DNA from: Alphaproteobacteria bacterium
Lineage (GTDB): Bacteria; Pseudomonadota; Alphaproteobacteria; MPNO01
Direction: 5' to 3'
Length of the DNA stretch: 64,000 bases
NCBI GenBank assembly: GCA_965203455.1
Contig: CBDBCV010000017.1
Span: 8,639-72,638 of the forward strand
Of this stretch, positions 9,348 through 19,417 are shown piece by piece (within the stretch, counting starts at the first letter, position 1; every line of letters begins with the position of its first letter). The notes under the pieces are model-generated. The model did not search any database, was not told where the DNA came from, and saw nothing but the letters and a program-made list of their open reading frames with translations. A program made the translations under genes and the position numbers.

Positions 9348-9421
9348 TTCACCGTTTATAAACAATGGGTTGACTGTCATTCGGGCTTCCCTTTGTCGGC
9401 CCCTTCGGGTAGGATGCGGCC

Positions 9422-10507
9422 ATGCTCGAAGCGGCCCATTCCCTGCCCGACGACATCGCCGCGTTGAAGGCGATGGTGCTGGCCTCGCGGGCCGAACTGG
9501 CGGCACGGGACGCCGAGCTGCGCAACCGCGATCTGTTGATCGAGAAGCTCAGGCACCAGCTTGCGGGTCTGCGGCGGCAGCGCTTCGGCGTCACCTCGGA
9601 GGCCCTCGACCAGCTTGAGCTCGGGCTGGAGGACGAGGAGATCGCGCGGGCGGCCGAGGCGCCGACCGAGCCGACGCCCGCCACGAAGAAGCAGCCGAAG
9701 CGCCGTCCCCTGCCGGACCACCTGCCGCGCGAGGAGACGGTTCTCGCGCCGGGCGAGCGCTGCATCGCGCGCAACCCCGAGGACACCTGGGGCGTCCATG
9801 CGCTGACCCATGCGCTCTACGACCTCGAGGCCTACGAGGAGGCGCTGGAGCGGGTGCCGCCGGCGCTCGATGCCTGCGTCCACATGAACTACTATCGCAA
9901 CCACATGCTGTGGCACCTGGTGCTGTTCAGGATCGCCGTCGGCGGTTACGACGCGGCCTCGGAGATGTGCCGGGACTGGTTCGAGGCCGAGCCGTCGCCG
10001 CGCGGGCTGGATTTGCGCAACACGGTTTCCACGCTGTGGCGCTTCGAGCTCTACGGGATGGATCTGGGCGAGCGGTGGCAACCCTTCGTCGGCATTCTCA
10101 GGGAACAGCTCGACCGGCCCGAGGACTCGCCCTTCCACCATTCCCATGTCGGCATGGCGCTCGCGGGCGGACGCGACTGGGAGACTGCGGAGGCGCATCT
10201 CGACGTCCTGCGCGCGCGCGGCCGGGCGTCGGGCAACGACATCTGGGCGCGGGTGGTGATCCCGCTCAACGAGGCGCAGCACGCCTTCGTCCGGGGCGAG
10301 TGGGACCGGGTGGTCGCGAAGACCGATCCGATCTGGGACGAGATTATCCGGCTCGGCGGCAGCAAGACCCAGCGCGACGCGTTCCACGACACGGCGCTGG
10401 AGGCGGCGCTGAGAAGCACCGACACCGCGCGGGCCAGGCGCTATCTCGACGAACGCCTCACCCGGCGCGCCGAACATTTCTGGAGCAGCCGCAGGCTCGA
10501 CGCCTGA
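9422..10507 (+). CDS. Chimeric ORF: the IS66 TnpC N-terminus (leucine-zipper region) fused in frame to the C-terminal ~244 aa of the TPR-like host gene
   Basis: MLEAAHSLPDDIAALKAMVLASRAELAARD...LPDHLPREETVLAPGE is IS66 TnpC-like. It then continues NPEDTWGVHALTHALYDLEAYEEALER... (TPR-like helical repeats), which matches the continuation expected after the ...HYVN fragment at 8239-8536. Confidence 0.55.
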   Translation: MLEAAHSLPDDIAALKAMVLASRAELAARDAELRNRDLLIEKLRHQLAGLRRQRFGVTSEALDQLELGLEDEEIARAAEAPTEPTPATKKQPKRRPLPDHLPREETVLAPGERCIARNPEDTWGVHALTHALYDLEAYEEALERVPPALDACVHMNYYRNHMLWHLVLFRIAVGGYDAASEMCRDWFEAEPSPRGLDLRNTVSTLWRFELYGMDLGERWQPFVGILREQLDRPEDSPFHHSHVGMALAGGRDWETAEAHLDVLRARGRASGNDIWARVVIPLNEAQHAFVRGEWDRVVAKTDPIWDEIIRLGGSKTQRDAFHDTALEAALRSTDTARARRYLDERLTRRAEHFWSSRRLDA

Positions 10508-10537
10508 TCCCCGCTGGGAGCTTCCCGGAGCGATCGT

Positions 10538-11413
10538 TTGGAAATTCTGCAGCTCATCGTCAGCGGGCTCGCCAATGGCAGCGTCTACGGGCTGATCGCC
10601 CTCGGATTCGTCCTGATCTACAAGGCGACCGAGCAGGTGAATTTCGCCCAGGGCGACATGATGATGCTCGGCGCCTTCATCGCGCTGGGTCTCGGCAACG
10701 ACTCCCAGTTCGGCGCTCCGTTCTGGCTCGCCTGCGCCGGCGCGATCCTCGCCATGGCCGCGATCGGCTGGGGGCTGGAGCGGGCGGTGCTGCGGCATCT
10801 TTTCGGCCAGCCGCAGATCGCGGCGATGATCCTGACCATCGCCCTCGGCTTCCTGCTGCGCTTCGCGGCGGGGGCGATCTGGGGCCACGACCCGCTCGCG
10901 CTGGAAACCCCGGTCGCCGGAAAGACCGTTCGCCTCGGCGGCACGGTTCTCGGGCTGGACGAGGTCGCGACGATCGCCGTCACCGTCATCCTCACCGGTT
11001 TGCTGTACCTGTTCTTCCGCCGCACCAGGCTCGGTATCGCCATGCAGGCGTCGAGCCAGAACCAGCTCGCCGCCTATTGCATGGGAATCCCGGTCAGACG
11101 CATTCACGGGTCGATCTGGGCGCTGGCGGGCGCGACGGCGGCGGTCGCGGGCATCCTGTTCGCCTCCAAGGGCTCGATCGATCCGGGCACCGGGTTCCTC
11201 GGCATCAAGGCGTTCGCCGCCGCGGTGATCGGCGGGTTCGGCTCGCTCCCCGGCGCGCTGGCCGGCGGCCTGATCGTCGGGCTGATCGAACCCTTCGCGA
11301 GCCGCTATCTCGAGGCCGGCTACGCGCAGATCGTTCCCTACGCGCTCATGCTTCTCGTGCTGGTCGTCCGCCCGCACGGCCTCCTCGCCCAGGTTCACGC
11401 CAAGAAGGTCTGA
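10538..11413 (+). CDS. livH: Branched-chain amino-acid ABC transporter permease (LivH family)
   Basis: 291 aa polytopic protein with LivH motifs (NFAQGDMMMLGAF, GIKAFAAAVIGG). Confidence 0.9.
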   Translation: MEILQLIVSGLANGSVYGLIALGFVLIYKATEQVNFAQGDMMMLGAFIALGLGNDSQFGAPFWLACAGAILAMAAIGWGLERAVLRHLFGQPQIAAMILTIALGFLLRFAAGAIWGHDPLALETPVAGKTVRLGGTVLGLDEVATIAVTVILTGLLYLFFRRTRLGIAMQASSQNQLAAYCMGIPVRRIHGSIWALAGATAAVAGILFASKGSIDPGTGFLGIKAFAAAVIGGFGSLPGALAGGLIVGLIEPFASRYLEAGYAQIVPYALMLLVLVVRPHGLLAQVHAKKV

Positions 11414-11417
11414 GCCG

Positions 11418-12518
11418 GTGCGGGTGCACTTCAAGACGACATACGGCCACGATATCCGCCTGTTCGCGGACGCGCGGGACGCGCTCCGCTATGGGTTGCT
11501 GGTCGTGCTGGCGGTCGCGTTGCCCTTCCTGCTCGACGATTTCCTGATCGGCGAGGCCACGAACGTGCTGATCTGGGCCATCGCGGGGATGGGCCTGATG
11601 TTGCTCACCGGCCATGCCGGCCAGCCCAGCCTCGGCCATGCGGCGTTCCTCGCGGCCGGCTGCTACGCGCACGCCATCCTGATGACCCGGTTCGGCCTGC
11701 CGTTCGCGGCATCCTTCGTGCTGGCGGGCGTTATCGCCGGGTTCGTCGGCGTGCTCGTCGCGATCCCCGCGCTGCGTCTCCACGGCATCTATCTCGCCAT
11801 CGCGACGCTGGCGCTCTCGATCCTGACCGAAGACTTCATCGTCCTGGCGGAACCCTGGACCGGCGGCGTGGCCGGCATGACGGCGCCCGACGTCTCGATC
11901 CTCGGGGTCGAGATCGACCGGCTGGGCTCCCCCGACTCGTTCTACTGGCTGTGCCTTGCCGTCGCGGTCCTGGTGACGCTCGGCTACCGCAACATCCTGC
12001 GCGCCCCGTTCGGGCGGGCGCTGCTGGCGGTCCGCGATTCGGAAATCTCCGCGCAGGCCATGGGGGTAAGCCCGGCACGCGTCAAGACCGCCGCGTTCGG
12101 CCTCTCCTGCATGACCACCGGCTGGGCGGGCGCGCTGATGGGGCATTTCTTCTACACCTTCAACCACGAGGTCTTCACCATCGTGATCTCGATCCAGCTG
12201 CTGCTGATGATCGTGATCGGCGGTCTCGGCTCGATCCACGGGGCCTATTACGGCGCGGCGGTGGTCGCGATCGTCCCGCAGGCGATCAATGTCGCGCGAG
12301 ACTGGATCGCCCAGGTTTCCGGGGGCGGGGGCGTCGCCGTTCCCGGCCTGGAAGTCGGGGTCTTCGGCCTCATCCTCATATTCTTCATTCTGTTCGAGCC
12401 CCTCGGCATCCACGGGCGTCTCGCCAAGTGGAAGGTCTATTTCGAGCTATTCCCGTTTTACCGCCGGGACATGTTCCGCAGGCAGAAAAGCTATCTCAGG
12501 ACGGAGCGGATGCGGTGA
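11418..12518 (+). CDS. livM: Branched-chain amino-acid ABC transporter permease (LivM family)
   Basis: 366 aa polytopic protein that follows livH by 4 bp. Confidence 0.9.
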   Translation: MRVHFKTTYGHDIRLFADARDALRYGLLVVLAVALPFLLDDFLIGEATNVLIWAIAGMGLMLLTGHAGQPSLGHAAFLAAGCYAHAILMTRFGLPFAASFVLAGVIAGFVGVLVAIPALRLHGIYLAIATLALSILTEDFIVLAEPWTGGVAGMTAPDVSILGVEIDRLGSPDSFYWLCLAVAVLVTLGYRNILRAPFGRALLAVRDSEISAQAMGVSPARVKTAAFGLSCMTTGWAGALMGHFFYTFNHEVFTIVISIQLLLMIVIGGLGSIHGAYYGAAVVAIVPQAINVARDWIAQVSGGGGVAVPGLEVGVFGLILIFFILFEPLGIHGRLAKWKVYFELFPFYRRDMFRRQKSYLRTERMR

Positions 12519-13288
12519 CCCTGCTGGAGGTCGAGAACGCCACGGTGCGCTTCGGCGGCCTGACCGCGCTGGAAGACGTCTCTTTCGGCGTCGGGCAGGG
12601 CGAGATCTTCGCCGTCGTCGGACCCAACGGGGCCGGCAAGTCGACGCTGTTCAACGTGATTTCCCGTTTCTGCGAGCCCGTGCAGGGAGACGTGCGCTTC
12701 GAAGGGGAGAGCGTTCTCCGGCATTCTCCTTCCGAAATCGCGGGTCTCGGCATCGCGCGAACCTTCCAGAACATCGAGCTGTTCGACCGGACGACGGTAT
12801 TGCAGAACCTGCTGATCGGCCGCCACACGCGCCGGCGGGCATCGATCCTGCCGCAGATCGTCTTCGCCCCGGCGGTCCGCCGGGAAGAGATCGCGCACCG
12901 GGGCGCGGTGGAGCGCGTGATCGATTTCCTCGACCTCCACCCCTACCGGGATCATGCGGTCGCGGGCCTTCCCTACGGTGTCCGCAAGGTCGTGGAGATC
13001 GGCCGGGCGCTTTCCATGGAGCCCAGGCTGATCCTGCTCGACGAGCCCGCATCCGGGCTTTCCGTCGAGGAAGCCGGTGACATGCGGTTCTGGATCGAGG
13101 ACATACGGACCCGGCTCGGGGTGACCGTGCTGATGGTGGAGCACAATATGAGCCTCGTCTCGGCCGTATCGGACCGGGTGCTGGTTTTCGCCGACGGCCG
13201 CGTCATCGCATTGGGCGCGCCCCGGGAGGTGCAGTCCGATGCCGGGGTCGTCGAGGCGTATCTTGGGACCGACACGGCAATGCGATGA
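12515..13288 (+). CDS. livG: ABC transporter ATP-binding protein (LivG family)
   Basis: GTG start overlapping the livM stop. Contains Walker A GPNGAGKST, LSGG-like 'LPYGVRKVVEIGRAL' and Walker B LLDEP. Confidence 0.85.
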   Translation: MTLLEVENATVRFGGLTALEDVSFGVGQGEIFAVVGPNGAGKSTLFNVISRFCEPVQGDVRFEGESVLRHSPSEIAGLGIARTFQNIELFDRTTVLQNLLIGRHTRRRASILPQIVFAPAVRREEIAHRGAVERVIDFLDLHPYRDHAVAGLPYGVRKVVEIGRALSMEPRLILLDEPASGLSVEEAGDMRFWIEDIRTRLGVTVLMVEHNMSLVSAVSDRVLVFADGRVIALGAPREVQSDAGVVEAYLGTDTAMR

Positions 13289-14058
13289 GCGATCCGCTTC
13301 TCGAAGTCCGCAATCTCGAATGCTTCTACGGCCCGGTGATGGCGCTCCGCGGCGTGAGCCTGCGGGTCCCGGAAGGGAAGGCGGTCGCCGTGCTGGGCGG
13401 AAACGGCGCCGGCAAGACCACGCTGCTCCGAACCGTCTCCGGCATCATGGATGCCGAGAAGGGCGAGGTCCTTCTGTCCGGCAAGTCGATCGCGGGCGCC
13501 GAACCGGATCGGATCGTTCGCGGCGGGCTGGTGCACGTGCCCGAGGGGCGGGAGGTGTTTCCGCTCCTTACTGTCGAGGAAAACCTGGCGATGGGCGCCT
13601 ATACGCGGCGGGACGACGGCGTGAGCGAGGACACGGCGGCGGTCTTCGACTACTTCCCGGTCCTGAGGGAACGGATCCGCCAGCCCGCCGGGACGCTCTC
13701 CGGCGGCGAGCAGCAGATGCTGGCCATCGCGCGCGCGCTCATGGCGCGGCCGAGGATCATGTTGCTGGACGAACCCTCGCTCGGCCTCTCGCCCGTCATG
13801 GTCCGCGATATATTCGCCATTATCCGCAGGCTGAAGGAGGAGCGCGGCATCACGATGCTGCTCGTGGAGCAGAATGCCGCGATGGCGCTCGACGTCGCCG
13901 ATTTCGGTTACGTTCTGGAAAACGGGCAGATCGTGATGGACGGTCCCGCGGAACGGCTGAAACGGAACGCCGATATCCGGGAGTTCTATCTCGGCGCGCG
14001 GACGGTCAGCCCGCGCGGCGACAGGCGCTGGAAGCGCCGCAAGACCTGGCGATCGTGA
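13285..14058 (+). CDS. livF: ABC transporter ATP-binding protein (LivF family)
   Basis: Contains GGNGAGKTT, LSGGEQQM and LLDEPSLGL. Its start overlaps the livG stop. Confidence 0.9.
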   Translation: MSDPLLEVRNLECFYGPVMALRGVSLRVPEGKAVAVLGGNGAGKTTLLRTVSGIMDAEKGEVLLSGKSIAGAEPDRIVRGGLVHVPEGREVFPLLTVEENLAMGAYTRRDDGVSEDTAAVFDYFPVLRERIRQPAGTLSGGEQQMLAIARALMARPRIMLLDEPSLGLSPVMVRDIFAIIRRLKEERGITMLLVEQNAAMALDVADFGYVLENGQIVMDGPAERLKRNADIREFYLGARTVSPRGDRRWKRRKTWRS

Positions 14059-15908
14059 TGGCGGCGGCGCGAGGCGTCCAGGCCGGCGCGGGCGGGAACG
14101 CGTGTCTCGTGGACGGCTGCGATACGCTTCCCAAGCTGTTTCTTCACCGTTGCCGGACGCTCGGCGAACGCACGGCCCACCGCGAAAAGCATCTCGGTAT
14201 CTGGAAGGGTTACTCCTGGGCGGCGTTTCTCGATGCCGCCCGCGCCCTCGGACTGGGGCTCGCCGCGCTCGGACTGAAGCGGGGCGGTGTCGTCTCCATA
14301 CTCTCGGAAGACAACAAGGAATGGATTTACGCCGATCTCGGCATCCAGTGCATGGGCGGAATCGTCTCCGGCATCTACCCCACCGACAGCGCCGAACAGG
14401 TCGCGTTCCTGCTCCGGAACTCGGGCAGCCGGTTTCTGATCGCGGAGAACGCGGAGCAGCTGGACAAGTTTCTCGCCATCCGGGACCGGGTTCCCGAAGT
14501 GCTGAAATGCATCGTGCTCGACCGCGAGGGGTTGCACGACTTCGCCGACGAGCAGGTCATGTTCCTCGAAGACCTCTACGTCATCGGCCGCAAGGCGCAC
14601 GAAGACGACGCCGACCGGTTCCGGCGCGAGGCCGAACTGTCGTGTCCCGGCGATACCGCGATCCTGATCTATACGTCCGGCACGACCGGCCGGCCGAAGG
14701 GCGCGAAGATCTCGCATGAGAACATCCTCTCCTCCGCAACGACCGTCCTTGGCGTTCTGCCGACTTCCGAAGGGGACGAGCAGCTTTGCTTCCTGCCGCT
14801 GTGCCACGTTCTGGAACGGCTCGTGTCGGTGTTCGTTCCCATCGCGGCGCGGTCGGTCGTCAACTTCGCCGAGAGCGTGGAGACCGTCTTCGACAATCTC
14901 CGGGAGGTCTCGCCGGTCTCGTTCACGGCGGTGCCGAGGATATGGGAGAAGATACATTCCCGGGTTTCCGCGATGTCGCAGGAAGCCACCCCGGTCGGCC
15001 GCTGGGCCTATGACCGGGCCCTGACATGCGGCCTGGAGCGCGCCGCCTGTCTGCTCGAGGGGCATCGGGTTCCCGTATGGCTGGAGACCCGGTTCCGGTT
15101 CTGGGACCGGCTGGTCCTCGCCAATCTTCGACGGATGATCGGCCTCGACCGCGCGCGATACATCGCCACCGGGGCGGCCCCGATATCGCCCGATCTGGTG
15201 AAATGGTACTGGGCGATCGGGCTCGTCATGCTCGAGGGCTACGGCCAGACCGAGAGTTCCGGGGTGCTGTCGGTAAACCTTCCGGACCGCAGGAGGCTCG
15301 GCTCCATCGGTCCCGCCGTCCCCGGCGTGGAGATGAGGATCGCCCCGGACGGCGAGATACTGGCGAAGGGGCCGCTCGTCTTCAAAGGCTATTGGAACGA
15401 CCCGGCGCTGACCGCCGAGACCGTTCGCGAGGGTTGGCTCCATACCGGAGATGTCGGCCATGTGGACGATGACGGCTTCTTCTGGATCACCGGACGCCAG
15501 AAGGACATCATCATTACCGCCGGCGGCAAGAACGTCAGCCCCGCCGGGATCGAGAACCGGATAAAGTTCTCGCCCTATGTCTCGGACGCGATCGTCGTGG
15601 GGGACCGGCGCCGCTACCTGACGGCGCTGATCATGATCGATCAGGAGAACGTCGAGAGATTTGCGCAGGAGAACCGTGTACCTTTCTCCGACTTCGCCTC
15701 GCTCTGCGCGGCGCACCCCGTTCGCGAGCTGATCCGCGCCGAGGTCGAGGCGGTCAATGCCGGGCTGGCGCCGGTGGAGCAGATCAAGGATTTCCGTCTC
15801 ATCGACATACTCCTGACAGCGGAGGACGACGAGATGACGCCGACCATGAAGCTCCGGCGCGGTCTGGTGGAGCGGAAACACGGAGCATTGATCGCACAAA
15901 TGTATTGA
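14058..15908 (+). CDS. Long-chain acyl-CoA synthetase (AMP-binding) embedded in the liv transporter operon
   Basis: Contains IYTSGTTGRPKGA (AMP-binding motif I) and YGQTE. The ATG overlaps the livF stop (ATGA). 616 aa. Confidence 0.85.
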   Translation: MAAARGVQAGAGGNACLVDGCDTLPKLFLHRCRTLGERTAHREKHLGIWKGYSWAAFLDAARALGLGLAALGLKRGGVVSILSEDNKEWIYADLGIQCMGGIVSGIYPTDSAEQVAFLLRNSGSRFLIAENAEQLDKFLAIRDRVPEVLKCIVLDREGLHDFADEQVMFLEDLYVIGRKAHEDDADRFRREAELSCPGDTAILIYTSGTTGRPKGAKISHENILSSATTVLGVLPTSEGDEQLCFLPLCHVLERLVSVFVPIAARSVVNFAESVETVFDNLREVSPVSFTAVPRIWEKIHSRVSAMSQEATPVGRWAYDRALTCGLERAACLLEGHRVPVWLETRFRFWDRLVLANLRRMIGLDRARYIATGAAPISPDLVKWYWAIGLVMLEGYGQTESSGVLSVNLPDRRRLGSIGPAVPGVEMRIAPDGEILAKGPLVFKGYWNDPALTAETVREGWLHTGDVGHVDDDGFFWITGRQKDIIITAGGKNVSPAGIENRIKFSPYVSDAIVVGDRRRYLTALIMIDQENVERFAQENRVPFSDFASLCAAHPVRELIRAEVEAVNAGLAPVEQIKDFRLIDILLTAEDDEMTPTMKLRRGLVERKHGALIAQMY

Positions 15909-15927
15909 CCGGAAGAGGAGATCGGAA

Positions 15928-17079
15928 ATGCGCGTTTCGAGAATGCTTGCCCTGGCGGCGTTCGCCGCGGCTCCCGCGCTGGCGGGTCAGGGCGTCAATG
16001 ACACGGAAGTCGTCATCGGTTCGGTAAGCGACCTGTCCGGACCCTTCGCCGCCTTCGGAGCGCCGTCCATCAAGGCGGCGCAGATGCATTTCAAGGCGGT
16101 GAACGCGTCCGGCGGCATTCACGGCCGGAAGATCCGCTTCGTCGTGGAAGACAGCAGCTACCAGATGCCGAAAGCGCTGCAGGGCTACAACAAGCTCGTC
16201 AACCGGGACAAGGTGTTCGCGATGCTGCTTTCGCTCGGCACGCCGATGAACATCGCCGGGTTCAAGTTCACGACCCCGAAGAACATTCCCAACGTCTTTC
16301 CCATGACCCTGGCCCGGCAGATTCTGAGCGAACCCATCAGGCTGCGTTTCGCCGCCGCTGCCTTCTATTACGACGAGCTGCGGCAAGCCGCGCGCTACAT
16401 GGCCAAGAAGCACGGAGTGTCGAAGCTCTGCGCGATGTACATCCCGACCGATTTCGGCAAGGAGGTAAAGGCCGGCCTCGTCGACGAGGCCGGTGCGAAC
16501 GCCGGGCTGGATTTCGTCGCCGAAACCGCGCACAAGCCGGACGAAACGGATTTCATCGGCTCCCTGCAAAAGCTGAAGGCGGCCGGGTGCGGGATGATCG
16601 GTCTGGCGCTCACGGTCCGTCAGACCATCACTGTCATGGGCACCGCCAAGAAGCTCGGCCTGAGCGGCATCAAGTTCGTCGGTTCGTCGGGTGCGTTTCA
16701 CACCGTGGTCGCCAAGGTGCCGGGAGGGATCACGGAGGGATTGTACGCCGCCGCGGCCTGGTCGGACCTCGCGGCGCGGGCCGATCGGAAGGAGCCGGCG
16801 GCCTTCATCGCGGCCTACAAGAAGGCGTACGGAAAGTTCCCGGGCACCGGAGCGCTGCTGGGCTACGCCGGCGCGGTCAGCTTCACCATGGCGCTCGAGA
16901 AGGCGGGGCGCGACCTTTCCGTCGACAGCTTCCTGAAGGCGACGGAAAGCCTCGACTACTACGATCCCTATCTGGACACCCGGATCTCATACTCGGCGGA
17001 CGATCATCAGGGCGCCAAAACGATCGTCCTCTCGGTGGTCGAGGGCGGCGCATGGAAGGAGCTGACGCGCTTCAAGTGA
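15928..17079 (+). CDS. Branched-chain amino-acid/ligand ABC transporter substrate-binding protein (LivK-like)
   Basis: 383 aa with a signal peptide (MRVSRMLALAAFAAAPALA) and a type-I periplasmic binding fold. Confidence 0.85.
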   Translation: MRVSRMLALAAFAAAPALAGQGVNDTEVVIGSVSDLSGPFAAFGAPSIKAAQMHFKAVNASGGIHGRKIRFVVEDSSYQMPKALQGYNKLVNRDKVFAMLLSLGTPMNIAGFKFTTPKNIPNVFPMTLARQILSEPIRLRFAAAAFYYDELRQAARYMAKKHGVSKLCAMYIPTDFGKEVKAGLVDEAGANAGLDFVAETAHKPDETDFIGSLQKLKAAGCGMIGLALTVRQTITVMGTAKKLGLSGIKFVGSSGAFHTVVAKVPGGITEGLYAAAAWSDLAARADRKEPAAFIAAYKKAYGKFPGTGALLGYAGAVSFTMALEKAGRDLSVDSFLKATESLDYYDPYLDTRISYSADDHQGAKTIVLSVVEGGAWKELTRFK

Positions 17080-17089
17080 CGCCGGGCCA

Positions 17090-19417
17090 CTAATTCCTGA
17101 GCGGCTTGCCGGTCTCCAGCATGTGCTCCATGCGGGCTATGGTGGCCGGCATCCGCATCAGGTCGAGGATCGCCTCGCGTTCCAGCTCGGAAAAGCGGTC
17201 TTCGGGGACCTCCCTGGTGGCGTCGGTATCGCCGCCGGTCAGCACCGTGCCCAGGCGGTCCACCACCACCATGTCGTGCGGCGTCGCCTTGCGGGTCTTG
17301 GCGAGCCCCTTGACCGCCATCTGGAGGGCGATCCGCCCGGTCTTGCCCGGCAGCTTGACGGTCTCCGGTTCCGGCGGCGCGTAGTCCTCCGCGAGCGCCA
17401 GCGCCCTTGCCTTGGCATCGGCCAGAAGGCGGTCGCGGTTGGCGCTGATACCGTCGCCCTCGCGCAGGAAGCCGAGCTTCCGCGCTTCCTTCGCCGAGCG
17501 CGAGACCTTGGCGAGCCCGATGGTCTCGAAGACCCTGGAGATCGTCGGCATCGCGCCGCCGAACCCGGGCCTGCCCGAGCCCAGCCCGCGCAGCATCATC
17601 TCCTTGCATCCGCCCCAACCCGGCACGATCCCGACGCCCACCTCGACGAGCCCGATATAGCTCTCCGCGTGGGCCTGAACCGCGTCGCAATGGAGCAGGA
17701 TTTCACAGCCGCCGCCGAGCGCCATGCCCGCGGGGGCGCCGACCACCGGGAACGGCGCGAACTTGAGCGCCCTGTAGGCTTCCTGGCCCTGCGCGACGGT
17801 CCGTTCGATCATCGGCCAGGCGCCGACATTGACGGCGAACAAGGCGAGGCCGAGGTTCATCCCGACCGAGAAGTTGCTGCCCTCGTTGTGGATCACCAGG
17901 GCCTTCATCCCGTCGCCCACGATCCCGAGCGACCGGTCGATCAGCGCCATGATTTCCGTGTCGAGGGCGTTCATCTTGGTATGGAACTCGAGGCAGGCGA
18001 CGCCGTCCCCGATATCCCACAGGCTCGCCGAGCCGTTGCGCGCCAGCGGCCGACCGCTTTGCTTGACGTCGGAGAGTAGGAGCACGCCCTCGGGGCGAGT
18101 CGCGGCGCGGTAGCGCCCGCCGTCCCCGAGATGACCGCGGACACCGTCCGCGGTGCGATAGAAGCCCCCGCCGTCGACGGCTGCCTTCAGCAGCGCCGGT
18201 ACGTCCCTTTCTTCGGCGGCGAGTTTCCCGGCGAACCAGTCCGCGCCCAGATCGTCGATCAGCTCGAACGGGCCGCGTTTCCAGTTGTAGCCGAGGCGCA
18301 TCGCGCGATCGACCGCCTCGACGTCGTCCGCGATCTCCGGCACCAGCCCGGCGGCGTAGGCGAGGGTCCCCGACATCACCTTCCAGGCGTAGGCGCCGGT
18401 TCTGTCGGGGAATTCGAGCAAGGCACGGAGCGATCCCCCGGCCTCCTCGATGCTGGCAAGCAGCGGGCGCCGGGCGGCTTCGTATTCGCCCGACTCCAGG
18501 TCGATCGCCTGCTTTTCCCTCTTCTCCGAGTCGGGGTCCAGACGGTAGAAGCCGCCCTTGCCTTTGCGCCCGGTGTAGCCCTCGGCGATCATCGACTCGA
18601 CGAGCGCCGGCTCGTCGTAGATTACGCCGAGCGGATCGTCGGCGGGCAGGGCGTCCCTGAGGCTGCGGCCGACCAGAGGCATCAGGTCCAGACCTACGAG
18701 ATCCAGCAATCCGAACACGCCGGTTTTGGGCGCACCGATCGGGCGGCCGAGAAGCGCGTCGGCTTCCTCCACCGTGATGCCGTCTTCGAGCGCCGTCGCG
18801 ACGGCGGCGACCAGCCAATAGGTGCCGATGCGGTTCGCGATGAAGCCGGGCGTGTCGTTGCAGGCCACCACGCTCTTCCCCAGCTTGCGGTCTGCGAAGT
18901 CGGAGACCGCCTCCGCCGCGTCCGCACGGGTCTCTGGCCCCGCCGCCACTTCCAGCAGCCGCATGTAGCGCGGCGGGTTGAAGAAGTGCGTGATGAGGAA
19001 ATCGCGCGCGAAGCTCTCCGGCATCCCGTCGGTCAGCGCGCGCCACGGGATGGTCGAGGTGTTGGACGAAACGATCGAGCCCGTCTTGCGCGCGGAATCG
19101 ATCCGGCGGTAGACATCCTGCTTGACCTCGACCCGTTCGGTCACCGCCTCGACGATCCAGTCCGCTTCGCCCAGCAGGCTCAGGTGGTCCTCGATATTTC
19201 CGGCGGTAACGCGCCTGGCGTCCGCCTTGTCCATGAACGGGGCGGGATCGTCCCTGAGCATCCGCGCCACCGCGCCCTCGGCCAGCGCGTTCCGGTTGCC
19301 GTCGCCCTCCGGCACGATATCGAGCAGGACGACCTCATGGCCGACATTGGCGATGTGGGCGGCGATGGCGCCGCCCATCAGGCCGGCGCCGATGACGGCG
19401 GCCTTCTCGATCGCCAT
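17090..19417 (-). CDS. Bifunctional 3-hydroxyacyl-CoA dehydrogenase / enoyl-CoA hydratase (dehydrogenase domain N-terminal, crotonase domain C-terminal)
   Basis: N-terminal AAVIGAGLMGGAIA (NAD-binding 3HCDH) and a C-terminal crotonase fold (GAPAGMALGGGCEILLHCD). The likely start is MAIEKAAV; the ATG overlaps the thiolase stop. Confidence 0.85.
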   Translation of the reverse strand: MAIEKAAVIGAGLMGGAIAAHIANVGHEVVLLDIVPEGDGNRNALAEGAVARMLRDDPAPFMDKADARRVTAGNIEDHLSLLGEADWIVEAVTERVEVKQDVYRRIDSARKTGSIVSSNTSTIPWRALTDGMPESFARDFLITHFFNPPRYMRLLEVAAGPETRADAAEAVSDFADRKLGKSVVACNDTPGFIANRIGTYWLVAAVATALEDGITVEEADALLGRPIGAPKTGVFGLLDLVGLDLMPLVGRSLRDALPADDPLGVIYDEPALVESMIAEGYTGRKGKGGFYRLDPDSEKREKQAIDLESGEYEAARRPLLASIEEAGGSLRALLEFPDRTGAYAWKVMSGTLAYAAGLVPEIADDVEAVDRAMRLGYNWKRGPFELIDDLGADWFAGKLAAEERDVPALLKAAVDGGGFYRTADGVRGHLGDGGRYRAATRPEGVLLLSDVKQSGRPLARNGSASLWDIGDGVACLEFHTKMNALDTEIMALIDRSLGIVGDGMKALVIHNEGSNFSVGMNLGLALFAVNVGAWPMIERTVAQGQEAYRALKFAPFPVVGAPAGMALGGGCEILLHCDAVQAHAESYIGLVEVGVGIVPGWGGCKEMMLRGLGSGRPGFGGAMPTISRVFETIGLAKVSRSAKEARKLGFLREGDGISANRDRLLADAKARALALAEDYAPPEPETVKLPGKTGRIALQMAVKGLAKTRKATPHDMVVVDRLGTVLTGGDTDATREVPEDRFSELEREAILDLMRMPATIARMEHMLETGKPLRN

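Larger units (their letters stand above)
8537..9775 (+). mobile_element. 3'-truncated IS66-family element (left inverted repeat, tnpA, tnpB, first ~117 codons of tnpC)
   Basis: Left inverted repeat is GTAAGCGTCTGGCGTGACCGCCCTTGTGGCGAG. A perfect 14-bp-arm palindrome lies in the leader (8610-8642). The right end and the zinc-finger/DDE part of tnpC are absent. The exact right junction is uncertain by about 10 bp. Confidence 0.7.
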
